A stretch of 58,648 bases of DNA, counting the filler, from Sphacelaria rigidula (taxonomy: Eukaryota): assembly GCA_964200075.2 (NCBI GenBank). It is 9 parts of 9 records of this genome, joined end to end, with 100 filler letters (N's around TTAATTAATTAA, not from the genome) between each part and the next. Parts side by side here need not be neighbours in the genome. Positions count along the whole stretch, not along the records: positions 32,641 to 39,067 come from CAXNAA020020132.1; positions 39,168 to 45,594 come from CAXNAA020020133.1; positions 45,695 to 52,121 come from CAXNAA020020134.1; 6 more parts are not named here. The stretch is one strand, 5' to 3'. The position numbers and the translations under genes were made by a program. Below, piece after piece: positions 36,764-48,449 of the stretch (its first letter is position 1; each line of letters opens with the position of its first letter). The notes beneath the pieces are model-generated. The model did not search any database and had not been told where the DNA came from. It saw only the letters and a list, made by a program, of their open reading frames with translations.

Positions 36764-38844
36764 ACAGCGAGCTGGAACGGAGGAACCAAAGATAGACTGC
36801 AGCCATCGACGTTTACGAGTAGCTATTGTGTGATGTGGTATATGATGTCATCGCGAGACGAATGCGGTGATGGAATAAGTAAAGAAATAGCTATATATCG
36901 CTCGTACCGTACGTTTCAGTCGTGATTTTCGGGCGTTCCTCTCTTTTTCTTTTATTGCTTTGTTATTTATTGCTCCCCATCTTGTAACGTACGGGAACAT
37001 GTGTGAGCCAAGGCGCGTGGGCTCTGTTCCCAGTAGAGTAGGCATCAGTAGTTGTGGAAGAGCATCCCTCACAGAGGCTGCACTTCTGTAACCAATGATC
37101 AGTTCGTGAGAAGGTTGTTTTTAGCGAATCCAACCGACGTTGGATGTGGTTCAAGCCCCGCACCACCCCGGAATCCAGTACAACTGATCCGGGGTGTCGA
37201 CGCGCGATTAAGGTAACTAGGCAATCGTTCTCCAGTCTAACTGCGATCCCGGGAAAACGACAGCGACCGTACTTGTCTGCTGCTTCTGTAATTCGAAAGG
37301 GCACTACAGATCCTTTTTCCTTTCCGAATGGATAGAGTTTTCCCCTGCTTATCAGGGTTACTTATCCACTAGATCTGTAACGCGTTTTCTCCTGGACTGC
37401 AATTTTGCAGCTTTTCCTCGTTCCACCTTCAGGCGGATGATGCAGAGGCTTTATTTCTGTTCCGGCCCGTCCAGCCTCCAAACCTCAAATGAATCTTGTT
37501 TAGCCTCATAAATATGGCTAGGGGGGTATTACAGATTTATTGGTCGTTTTCCAGTCGACTAAGTTCCATGTGTCATACTTTGTCATGCTCGGTATCCGAT
37601 GGGTCATACTATATTGTGTGATACAATATGGCTGTCTGCCCTCAACGGTGTTTTCGTGAGATCAAGAGTCTACGATACGATTGAGAGTAGGCTTTTCATG
37701 GCTTTCAGCGGCCGGTTGTGCCTGCATCATTGATGAACAAAACGCTTACCTCGCACATTGAAACAATGTTTCCGTGAAATTGAGCGTTGAAAGTACGATT
37801 GAGAGTAAGGTCTTATATTCACAACATGACTCGCTTTGCCGGTTCCGATAATAAGACGAAAAGTTTACTTGTGTCGCATGTTGAACATTTCTGCCACCTG
37901 TTGCCTGAATGGAATGGCAGAATAATGTTGGAAATGTTGCGCGCTGGCCCACAGGTCGCATTTGTGGAAAATGCACCGTTCAAGATGTCTACAAAGTAGT
38001 GTGAGTCGTGCGCTTCGAGTAAAAGATACGATTAAACCAGGTTGTACCCGAATTCATTCGCAAATGCAGCTGATGCCACCATTCGTCGTGTGGACTTGGG
38101 ACTCGTGGATATCTGAGAATCACTTTTCTGTTCAAACATTTTGCCGCAGATCCCGCCGTTGTTTCTGAAAGCGCAAGTCATCGCGTGTGATATGCTTGCT
38201 GATATCCCGCCTTTTCATGCCGAGAAAAGTCGCAAAACGTGGTGGAACCCGGGATTCTGTTCCATGACCTCACCCTCGATGGCAGCGGATCATAACAAAT
38301 TCTCTTGCACGAAGCCGATTGAGCGCCTCCCGTCTATGAGCTGCAGCAAATCGATTTTGTCAGGGACTCTCGCCAACCGCATCAGATTTCCGAACATGCA
38401 CTCGAAACATGTGCCGACGGACCCATCAAGAATAGCTCATAAACCATCAACACGGGAAAACAAATACTACCCCATCCGTGCCCTCCTCCTTGAGGGACAG
38501 TACGTGGCCTACACAAATCGCTGACTCTGCTCAATTTGATGTCACGCCGAGCGTCGACACTTGAAAAAGATCCGTCTTGCACGTCTCCTGCATAATCCTG
38601 CGGAAATGATTGATCGGGGGCAGCGGCGAAGGTATAGGTGATCGCAAAAGTTAATGGGGCAGGTTAAAGTCGATAAATCGCGCGCTTCAGTACAGCTGGG
38701 CGGATTTCAACAACTTCAACTTAGAAACTAGCGCAAACAGGACGTCCTTCTGTCCCGTGTGAGGATGATGCTTCCAAACGTATCCATTTACTTGGCACCA
38801 CGCGAGGACGATACCGACACATTCAACACTAGGCGGGTACTCAC

Positions 38845-38965
38845 GATCGAAAAGACTTGGACTCATCATGCCGAGCAGCTGGGCACTCTCGACTCCGGCG
38901 ACATTAGACACGACATCCTCCAAGGCCTTGTCGAGCTCGATCGTGTCTCCGTCGGGGAGGTTCGT
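38845..38965 (-). CDS. Probable internal exon of an unidentified gene
   Basis: Pyrimidine tract and CCAG acceptor, GTGAGT donor, only one open frame: TNLPDGDTIELDKALEDVVSNVAGVESAQLLGMMSPSLFD. Confidence 0.5.
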
Positions 38966-39067
38966 CTGGTTCGTGGAAAAGGTGCCAGCGACAGCGGGGG
39001 GAAAGAGACGGTGCGCATCAGGTAGGGGTGCGAGTCAAGAGTAATGATGCATATACATGGGTAGTGC

Positions 39068-39167
39068 NNNNNNNNNNNNNNNNNNNNNNNNNNNNNNNNN
39101 NNNNNNNNNNNTTAATTAATTAANNNNNNNNNNNNNNNNNNNNNNNNNNNNNNNNNNNNNNNNNNNN
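39068..39167. other. Artificial assembly linker
   Basis: N44-TTAATTAATTAA-N44. Confidence 0.98.
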
Positions 39168-39234
39168 GCGGTACTCATTTGTTGCTTGACTCAGTCGTTT
39201 GACCATTGACCACGCATCCCTTTCGAGACGGAGC
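39168..39234 (-). mobile_element. Short LINE 3'-end fragment
   Basis: GTACTCATTTGTTGCTTGACTCAGTCGTTTGACCATTGACCACGCATCCCTTTCGAGACGGAGC followed by G-rich sequence. Confidence 0.75.
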
Positions 39235-39550
39235 ATCGGGGAGGGGTGGGGGATTTGGGGCAAGAGTTATAGCGTCAAGTTACAGATAGATAGCGGACGT
39301 TTTTGCTGTGAGATGTAAATAACAATCTCATAGTTGTAGCTGGTATTGGGCCCGACACCATTCTTCGGTTGTGGGGCTTATTATCATGCCCAAAATCTCA
39401 CTACCGACTTGCGATCAATCTTCTGAAGCCCATTCCTGCGCTGCTTCCTACCGCTTCTTTACCGTTTTGGAGGCAAATTTCATGAAATTGAGCGTGTTCA
39501 AGAAAGGGTTGCAGTCTCTCAATACTTGACTGGAGACGCAAGTCAATTGA

Positions 39551-41218
39551 GAGTCATGCGACGATAGGGGTGGGTATTTTGGGCCATTTTCTTTTCCACT
39601 AGCTTCTACTTGCGATAATCGTCGCTGATAAGCAGCAACGGTAGTTCGAACGCGCTTGCTTCCGATTTGTGACGCTCATTCAGGCCGTGTCTTATAGTTT
39701 TTTTTCCGACTCGAAAACATGCGGTCGAATCGAACTGGCCGTTGCGAGACCGAATCTGATACGCCCACGGCATTTATGTTCCTAGATGACTTCAAGTCCA
39801 TTTTATAATTAGTTGCGCGCGACGGGCAGGGTCAAAAACAGAAATGCTTAGCTTTTTCGAGCGAAACGAGCGGCGGAATGAACGAAGCGGCACGTGACTC
39901 CTATGTTGCAGACAGCCGTGCCAGATACTACCCTTTCACAGAGGTACGCAAAGCACAAATGGTTCATTCGCAGCTATTGAATACTTACTCAACCTTGCGG
40001 CACAGTAGATCACTCACCGAGCGCAGGGATACAGGGATACACCCACTCCAGTGATAAAAAACCGACATCACCACTGTTCTGGCATGATGTGTTCCTTTTT
40101 GTTCGCGAAAACTTAGACACCAAATTTTGCGGTAGGATCCACCGACGGTGTTGCGTGTTGGGGTGGGCGATCGAATTGCCAACGCGCTCATGGACATTCG
40201 AGGAGGTGCAAAACTACACATGGTTTAAATCTGCTTCGCATCCTCTTGTATGCAGAGAGTCAGAAAGCTGTGCTATCTGTCAAATCAGCTGTATGTCGCG
40301 TTGCCCGCTTCTTTTCCACATCGCGGCTGCATGCTGAGCGAAACACACGCACCTTTTACACAACACAGTAGTACAGGCCGCCACTGTTGTACAGTCTGTA
40401 CTGGATTGATTGACTGATATATAGGTTAAAAAGTATCTATGTTGCAGACAACCCTGCCAGATACCACCCTTTCACAGAATTACGCAAAACCCAAATAATG
40501 GTTCATTCGCAGCTACGCACCCAACCCTGCGGCATAGATCACGAACTAAGCACAGGGATTTATCCTGCAGCAGTGATGGAAACCGACACCACCACACTTT
40601 TAGCATGATGTGTTTCTTCGTGTTGGCAAAAACTTGGGCATCTAATTTTGTGGCAGGGTCCACCGACGGAGTTGCGTGTCGGGGTGGGCGATCGAACTGC
40701 CAACGCGCTCATGGACAACAGTAGAGTTGGTGAAAAACTGCACGTAGTTCAAAATCTGCTTCGCATCCTCCTGTATCCAGAGAGTCAGGAAGCTGTGCTG
40801 CCTGTCAAATCTACTGTGTGCCGCGTTACCCGCGTTACCAGCTTCTTTTCCACATCGCGCCCGCATGCCGTGCGAAACACACACCATCTGGACAGTACAG
40901 GCCGCCACTGTCGTACAGTCTGTACTGTCTGTGCTATCCTGTACTGTGTGTTGAATTGAATATGAGTAAAGAAGTACCGCTTCACGAATTTCGCTTAGCC
41001 TTTTCGATTCAAAGCGTGCAAATTCGCTCGGACCCAACCCTAACCCTAGCAAAGCGAACTGAATCAATTCCGCCGCACGAACTCGTTCGAGCCGGAATCT
41101 TTTTGATAAGACACCGCCTCATACTGCTGTTTGACATCGCTTTTACCCAAATGCAAGCGCACCGCGATTGTGTTGGATGTTCTGACGCAGCTATGAGCCC
41201 ATTTTTGTCGTGTAATCG

Positions 41219-41255
<37 letters not shown>

Positions 41256-41271
41256 TATCGTAGCATGACTC
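39551..41271. mobile_element. 1.72-kb non-autonomous TIR element, 4-bp TSD TTGA (Sola-like termini), with an internal ~535-bp tandem duplication
   Basis: GAGTCATGCGACGATAGGGG...CCCCTATCGTAGCATGACTC; TTGA at 39547-39550 and 41272-41275; GTTGCAGACA.CC.TGCCAGATAC starts at ~39905 and 40441. Confidence 0.75.
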
Positions 41272-41799
41272 TTGAACTATTTACAGCTGCGGCGCTGCGG
41301 CGAAAGGGGGAGTCTCAGCTGAGGCACTCGAGACGCGGCGAGATTTTAACCGTCCTTGAAACCGCCAAAAACGCGGCGAGATTCTCGTTATCCCGACATC
41401 TCGTGTGCAGTGGACAGCGCGAGCACATAAAAGACCCATGGCCTCTACCGAGGCAGCGGGTGCGAAAGCCCCACCCTTCAATCAATAGGCATGTCTAGGT
41501 GACGATTGTGGGGCCCCCCAAGGTCTCATGTGCTGCACTCATAATTGATTTCTGATGGTATTTGGAACTGGGTGTTGTTACGCTAAAGGCACAAATGAAG
41601 GAACTGTTGGTGGTGGATGTTTCGATTCGGTGTTCGATTGATTGCACTTCTGGAAGGCACCTTCGAGAGAGGTGGAGGCTGCCACATGATAGTATTTGGG
41701 CCTCAAGTTCTCTGTGCGGTGCCCCTGAGGAGTATCACTCCCCACAAAGAATCGAAGAAGCAAGAAGGTACCTCGAAGTCGCCTTTGTGGGGTATCACC

Positions 41800-42010
41800 T
41801 GTAATGCGTGAGAGGACCGTGTGCTTAGAGGACCGCATCGGAGTTTGAATATCCCTGTGGTGGGGGTTAGGGTTAGGGTTAGTGTTAGGGTTTTGGTCAG
41901 GGGCATGGTACCTCCAGGTACTGACCCGATTGGTTTTGCAAAACGTTGATCCTGCGGTGTTTTGAACTACGGCGCGGTCCTCTAAGCACGCGGTCCTCTC
42001 ACGCATTACA
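41800..42010. mobile_element. 211-bp MITE, 37-bp TIR (TGT...ACA), 5-bp TSD TCACC, internal (TTAGGG)n
   Basis: TIR TGTAATGCGTGAGAGGACCG(T/C)GTGCTTAGAGGACCGC; TCACC at 41795-41799 and 42011-42015. Confidence 0.92.
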
Positions 42011-42534
42011 TCACCTCCCAGAATTACAACAGCATAAAAAAATTCGTTGCCATGAAAAAAACACTTCTTTCCTTGTCAGTTTGGAATATCTCTTGGTTTT
42101 TCAAGTGCAATTGAAGCAGATTCAACAGACCACATGTATGTTCGCCGTTAGCGCACGTACTCGATTGAGCATGAAATGGGTACTCAGCCGAATAGCGGCC
42201 CTGTACACGGTTCGGCGCTGCACCATGCATCTAGAGTATTGCAATATATGTGCATAACCGCCAAATACGAGGACTCGGACACGTGCATCAACGGAGAAGA
42301 CAACTGTTTGGACAGGGGCCAATCAACGATGGAATACACACCGTAGATAGCCCTGACAGCGGAGATCCGGAGAACCTTTCGTTTATATTTGCAAGTGCAT
42401 ACTCGACAGATGGGAAAGCTATTTATAGGTTCCACATACATCTGAAAGTGAACATCGGGTCTGGAGAGTAATCTATACAACTCACCCTGTACACATATAG
42501 TACATTCATTGCTCTTTATGTACATGATACGTAT

Positions 42535-42718
42535 TGTAATGCGTGAGAGGCCCGCGTGCTTAGAGGACCGCGCCGTAGTTCAAAATACCTCAGGATCGAC
42601 GTATTTCAAAACCAATCGGGTCACTCTCTGCAGGCACCANNNNNNNNNNAATCCTAACCACAGGGGTGCTCAAATTCCGATGCGGTCCTCTAAGCACGCG
42701 GTCCTCTCACGCATTACA
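42535..42718. mobile_element. Second copy of the TGT...ACA MITE, opposite orientation, 5-bp TSD CGTAT
   Basis: Same TIRs; CGTAT at 42530-42534 and 42719-42723; a 10-N gap falls where the CCCTAA tract is expected. Confidence 0.9.
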
Positions 42719-43245
42719 CGTATGTTCAACTCGTGTATCCATATCCGGTAGGAGAGATATATCCCCACATGCGTACAGGTATACGTGTATAGTAATACAA
42801 TGCTGTATGCATGGTACATGTCTACAACTTATGTATTCGTGTTCGGTAGGGGAGATATATTCCCACCCACATGCGTACAGTGAATGAATCCTCTGACCGC
42901 CGGGGTGATCATCTGTGGGAGTGGCATCATCATCACTCGAAAAACGACATCATTTTTTTTGCGTTACCATGGAAGCAATAAATCCCATTGTTCAGAACCT
43001 GTGTTCGATGAGTGATCGATCTCCAATCTCACTGTATGTGAGATAGATATCTCTTTTCCGTTTCACTGTTCAGTGTCGATCGTCACCGGAACGCACAGCA
43101 CGCCCCCTCTCCTGACACTTTACCTTCCTCCTACCTACATCACAACTACACAGTACCGGCTTCAGCTTATTATCTATAATATACAGCTTTGCGACAATAC
43201 TATACGAATCAAGGGTAAATACACCTCAACACAAAAGACATCAAG

Positions 43246-43595
43246 ATGAAGTGCTGGGTTTCAGTGGCAGTGTTTCTCGCCTTGTCTGGCACAACAACTC
43301 ACGTGCAGGGGGCAAAAGACGTGAACAGAAGGTTGACCATGGCCACCGACTCCCGCCTGCTCACAAAGACTAGCGAGATCTACGCTTCTACTAAGAGGGA
43401 GCGGGAGGACAGGAGGGAGGCCAAAAGGGAGGTCAAGAGGGAGGCCAAGAGGGCCTTGAGGAGAGGCAAGAGGAGGACTGCGAGGAGGTCTGCAAAGAGG
43501 AAGAGAAGGAAGGCCGCTAGAAAGAATCAACATCATGGCAACGGAAACACGCCTGTAGGGCCGTCGTGTGGGTGGACTCCCAAGATTGGGCAAAC
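43246..43595 (+). CDS. Exon 1 of a secreted GH114 (endo-alpha-1,4-polygalactosaminidase, Ega3-like) protein: signal peptide, K/R-rich region, start of the catalytic domain
   Basis: MKCWVSVAVFLALSGTTTHVQG signal-like start; GTGAGA donor at 43596 in phase 2; joins exon 2 in frame. Confidence 0.8.
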
Positions 43596-43791
43596 GTGAG
43601 ATTTAGAAACGATCTTGACTGAGTCGTTCGCGTGAATAATAGACACCATGCTCGATGAAATACAACTAGACCGATTACTTTTATTTTTGTAGTCAACACC
43701 GATGCCTGTGGTCTTTTCTTCTTTCAGCCATCTTCCAATACCACCCCAAGGTTGACTTTATTCCCTTTCTAACCGTCTTACTTGCATGCAG

Positions 43792-43859
43792 ATGGAACTA
43801 CAACCTGGATACACCCGTCTCAACTGACGCCGGTGTGGACGTCATGGTCGTCGATCTGG
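43792..43859 (+). CDS. Exon 2 of the GH114-like gene
   Basis: GCAG acceptor, GTGAGT donor; spliced peptide WTPKIGQTWNYNLDTPVSTDAGVDVMVVDL matches the GH114 N-terminal pattern W.P..G.TW.Y.L....T....DV..IDL. Confidence 0.8.
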
Positions 43860-43994
43860 GTGAGTGTTATGCTTGGGGATGTAAATGTCGGGCCGTTTTT
43901 CCGTCGGGTAACAACAACCATTATATTGTATCCCCTTTCTATCATCTTCGGCCCACCAAGGGGGCATACTAACTGCTGTATGGGACCTTTTCTA

Positions 43995-44246
43995 GAGTGA
44001 TGCCGCGATAGCCCCCCCTCCTGAATAGCTGGTTTGAGAACGAAGAATCTGCATGGAAACCAAAATGACGAGAGTCGAGCACACTGAGTAGTTGGGGACT
44101 CCCACGCTTGGGTTCGTTTTCGCCCATGTCGCCTATATATAGGGGGCTTCATAAACTCTGAAACCAGCTGTCATGCTCTGAACATCTATTCTCTTCGCGA
44201 CACTTTTGGGCTGCTTTTTCGGGGGGGGTATCGCGGCATCACTTTC
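43995..44246. mobile_element. ~250-bp MITE, Sola-like termini, 4-bp TSD TCTA
   Basis: GAGTGATGCCGCGATAGCCCCCCC...GGGGGGGGTATCGCGGCATCACTT(TC); TCTA at 43991-43994 and 44247-44250. Confidence 0.75.
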
Positions 44247-44270
44247 TCTACACCACTTCCAGTCATGAAA

Positions 44271-44634
44271 CGGGTCAATTGATCCAAAGTGTAGGACGCG
44301 AGTTACTTAAACTGAGTGTATATGAACCGAATAACTTGATTTCCATTGATCAGCTGAGGTACGTTGCTTGAACTGAGTATCGGGAAATCAAGGCACTTGG
44401 TATTCGATTAGCTAAGGCAAGTTACTTGATCTAAATGTAGGGTAGGTGGACGTGGCCACTTGATCATAAAACTATTACGAATTACCTGATGTAAGATTGG
44501 GGACCGCAAGTTGCTTGAACTGAGTGCAGGTGAACCAAGTCACCTGATCTGAGAGAAGTTGAGGTAAGTTACTTGAACCAAGTATTGGAGGATCAAGTCA
44601 CTTGATCTTAGAGTAGCTCAGGCAAGTTGCTTTG
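44271..44634. repeat. Array of 13 degenerate palindromic cores (CAAGTnACTTG), ~29-bp period
   Basis: Cores at about 44271, 44299, 44328, 44360, 44389, 44418, 44452, 44478, 44507, 44536, 44565, 44594 and 44623. Confidence 0.75.
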
Positions 44635-44956
44635 GGCTGTCAGACAGCTGTACTTTTCGGAGCCAGTCCGCCGAGTTTGTTGATATCCAGAGTCCACACA
44701 ATACAGCAGAGACGAGAGGTGGTTGTTGTGGAGGTGTTATTTGGTGTTACTGGCATCATGGTTGACCGATTTCAGGATCTAATGAATATAGACTGTTGTA
44801 CCGTTCGAGTGGTTAAAAACTACACTTCTGATTGTTATGATCAGACACATGAACTAAAAACAAAAAGACGGCGATAGCAACCGAGCAATACTGCACAGGC
44901 ACCGGAGGGAAGGTAGGTACCCAGTACCGGTATTTTGGACATCTCATACCCTACCG

Positions 44957-45207
44957 GAGCCATGCTACGATGGGGGGGGGGATGCAATTCCACGAAAAAA
45001 TGTCCTCATGGATGCGCCAAACGACCGAAAATACTCGCGGTGCGCTTGTATTCGGATAAAAGCGGTGTAAATCAGCATGAATGAGCTTTATTCATCGGCA
45101 GCGAGCGCGTTTGAACAACTGTTGGCTGCTTTCAACGGCGATTGAAGTGGAATTTCGTGGAAGAAAACGGCCCAAAATCCCCCCCCCCCTCTATCGTAGC
45201 ATGACTC
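44957..45207. mobile_element. 251-bp MITE, Sola-like termini, imperfect 4-bp TSD (ACCG/ACCA)
   Basis: GAGCCATGCTACGATGGGGGGG...CCCCCCTCTATCGTAGCATGACTC. Confidence 0.75.
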
Positions 45208-45594
45208 ACCAATACCGGTCCAATCGGGTATTATCTAATGTCATACCCACGATACCCACGATACCCACGATGGCACGGTATCTCTAGATTTCACTACCTA
45301 CCGTACCCGCTCGATCGGGTGTTTTTTAATGTCATACCTATGGTACCTACGATACCACGGTATTTCGAGATTTTAATTTCTACCGTACCCGCCCAATCGA
45401 GAGTGCCCCAAAATCCTCCGAGGCCCTATGTACCCCCCCCCCCTCCGACGGTCGTAGGATTTTTTTCAAATTAAGAAGCACTCAATAAATGGCCATTTTA
45501 GGGCGACTTGGGTGAGAGGTAGCGCCCATGACTGTTGGGCCTATCTGCCACCACAACATTGGACGCAAATTGGCGGTGCAGATAGATGCGTTTA

Positions 45595-45694
45595 NNNNNN
45601 NNNNNNNNNNNNNNNNNNNNNNNNNNNNNNNNNNNNNNTTAATTAATTAANNNNNNNNNNNNNNNNNNNNNNNNNNNNNNNNNNNNNNNNNNNN
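45595..45694. other. Artificial assembly linker
   Basis: N44-TTAATTAATTAA-N44. Confidence 0.98.
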
Positions 45695-45842
45695 CATAGA
45701 GACACCTCCAACATTCTGGCGCTCATTACGTTTTTTCCGCAGCTCATTACGTTCCTTCCATACATTGCACAACAACCTTTTACATATCTTATTCCTGTCC
45801 TGTTTCGCCGTCTGTGGCCACGATGTATCTCCTAGTATAGCC
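45695..45842 (-). mobile_element. LINE 3' fragment (same family as 14006-14863)
   Basis: Encodes AILGDTSWPQTAKQDRNKICKRLLCNVWK...NVGGVS; nucleotide match to ~14087-14212. Confidence 0.8.
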
Positions 45843-46065
45843 ATATATGGGGGGGATGGCATCCTGGTTACCTACCCCCTGTCCGAGAGATCAAAGTTGA
45901 AAAAGTTGGAGTGTTGGTTGAGATTTTTCTTCGGACCTCCTTGGTTAAACCCTGAGATGTTGGACGAATGTGATATTAATCATTAGGCAAGTTTCGAAGG
46001 TCGAGGTTTTCTACTTTTTTACTTCTCTCACCGTTTTTGGAGGGTCCATTTTCTTTCGAGGAAAA

Positions 46066-46603
46066 TTGAATCACGTCGGACCCCCGAAAAACGGTAAAAG
46101 AAGAAATAACGAACCTTGTTCATCCAGAGTGGCGTAATGACCCATAGCACATTTGTGCAAAATTTCAGGATGTAACTCCTAAGAACGGCGTGAGCTTTCG
46201 CAAGTTTGTGCCATAAACGTTTCCGTGCCACGGGGAAACCACAAACTACTCGTTTAAATTTAAATGGCGTTTTTGGACCTTCTTCAACTTGGACATGAAA
46301 ATTCAAGCATCAATTCACCGACTTCGGCCACGAAACTTTGTGGGGCTCTTCCTTGGGTTATGCGGCGATGGGTCGTTTGCGAAGAAAATGAAAAAAAAAG
46401 ACGCTGTGCCGGTTTTGGCGGGGACTCAGAATGAAGACTATTTCGAAAAATGACTTGAATCCCGTCGGACCCCCGAAAACGGTAGAAAAATCAAGAAATA
46501 TGAAAAATATCGTCCATTTGAAGTTGCGAAATGACCCATGGCACTTGCGCCAAGTTTCAGGGTCCAACTCCTAATACCGGCGTGAAGGTTTGCGCGTTTG
46601 TGC
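46066..46603. repeat. Diverged direct repeat (~145 bp, ~390-bp spacing), probably inside a non-coding TE
   Basis: TTGAATC.CGTCGGACCCCCGAAAA...AATGACCCAT.GCAC...AACTCCTAA...CGGCGTGA at ~46066 and ~46455. Confidence 0.6.
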
Positions 46604-48449
46604 GAGGACGTGAGCTTGAAACGTGCATACTCCCAACTACTTGGTTTCAGTATAAAAACGTCCTTTCGGGCGAAAATTACGTCAAGGTAAAAAAAGGGTA
46701 TGAGGTTCTCGAGATTCTCGACAAAACCTTGTATATGTGTTCCTTGGACTACCCCGGGACGCATCATTTCGTTATTCTTTTGAGGCCTGCTGTACCGGCT
46801 TCCGGGGGTCTCATTCTGGGACCACCGGAAGCCGTTCGGGAACGGAGAAACTTTGATATTTTGTCCAGAATACAACTGTTCTATCTAGAGCATCAATACC
46901 TACGAAACTGCCAAGTTTAAGGGCGATCTGAGCTTTTCTACAAAAGATATAAAGGAAACCGTCTCGAGTCTCCCTGAGTCTTCCGTGCGCATGAGTGGAA
47001 ATTAGACGACGCCAAACCCCATGTCACCGTAACATCACGGTTTCGGGTATAAATCGTAATCCCCGCGCTAACAGCTTTTCATTTTTTTTTATTTCCGTTA
47101 GATTCCCGAGCTGATAGCGGTTACTACGATTTGAAGCATGTGGAGATTGAATGAAAATTGCGCTCAGAGTTCGTTATTTCGATCTCAGAACAATTTGAAG
47201 GGTGCTGGTTGGTGAAGGTACATTTTCGCCCCTAGCGCCACCTCATAGTCTTGAACACAAATGCGGCTATTCACGCTCTTCAGCTGTCCATGGCGGTCAG
47301 TATGATATCATACATGCGACTATTGGGTAGGTATTGCGAAAAGCATTTCTGATGACACAATATTGGGTGATGAGCGTGAACCAGCCAGTATTTTGTCTCG
47401 AAAAGGGGCGAAAATTTCGAGAGCACAGGTGAGCACTTATATCCACTAGCTTCTTCTCCAGCATAACTTTTACGTGAACCCGCCCCCCAAAATCCAGGGT
47501 TGACCCGAACTAGGTTCGAGGGTGGACGCCGACATTCCACGCTCGACCCTCTGAGCGCGAGGGCCGGTAGCCTGTTGAATCGGCATCGTTTCCACCTGAA
47601 AAATGAGTGTGAGACCGGAATGACCCACCGTGGCGGTCAAAGCTTTAGAGTGGCATGACAGTACCGAATACTTGCCAGCTTGCGCATGACGCGGTTTTGC
47701 TTAATGGGCACCTGAGGCGGCTATTTGCACTTTGTCAGCGCGCACCTGTCTTGGGGCAAAGTCTTTATCCCTCTCGCCCGAGGGTTCTCGGTCTGCCTCG
47801 GTTGGAGTTCGGATTACGGTCAGGATTGGGATTACAGTAGTGGGCGGTCTAACTATTCAGGGGTGTTTCGGGGTTTCACTCGCGTACTGCTCTTCGATAT
47901 AACTCGAAATTGCTGTTGTCGGTAGATTTCGGTACGATAAACAGATCATCTTCGAAACGCAGTGCTCAAGTCAGGGCCATTTGGTGTTATCGGGCGATTC
48001 GGGTACCTACCCCGTTTATCAGGAGGGTGTTATTGACCGTGAAACACAGTTCTTCGGCTCTAGTGCGATGAGCAGGTAGAGTTGAAAAAAAAAAGTACAT
48101 TTCTTTGAAAATACTATCGGGACAGGCTCGATCGGCCGAAAATACCGAATAGTACGAATCTGGGCTGAAACGTGGCAGGGCCCCCGATGATCGGTCAGCC
48201 CGTAAGTCACTCAATATTGAGTACAGATGCTTATTTTTTTCTTGGAACGTGGAGCGGATACAAACATCTTCAGATCCTCAATGTAATGAGCGGTGGCAAG
48301 CGAAAAGAGTCCAACAAAATCGCCAATTACGGAAAAATCACACCATACCACCAAATGGTTAGTTAGATCGCTCACTACTGTAGATGGGATCAAGCATTGA
48401 TCAATCTTGGACTGTTGGAGGCGAGTAAACGCCGCCCCCACCTTTATTT

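Noticed and set aside
38270..38590. Further minus-strand exons with in-frame TGA (recoding?)
   Set aside because: The phase does not match the 38845-38965 exon and no homology or SECIS is evident; a wrong frame or pseudogene is more likely
32641..39067. Integrated phaeovirus (EsV-1-like provirus)
   Set aside because: Only the EsV-1-7 domain is present; flanks are MITEs and spliceosomal-type exons, with no NCLDV core genes or dense viral ORFs
25510..43859. Agd3-like plus GH114 as a biosynthetic gene cluster
   Set aside because: They lie on different contigs ordered only by length, so co-occurrence here is no evidence of linkage
44271..44634. CRISPR array
   Set aside because: Cores are only 11 bp and degenerate, linkers are ~18 bp and related to each other, and there are no cas genes
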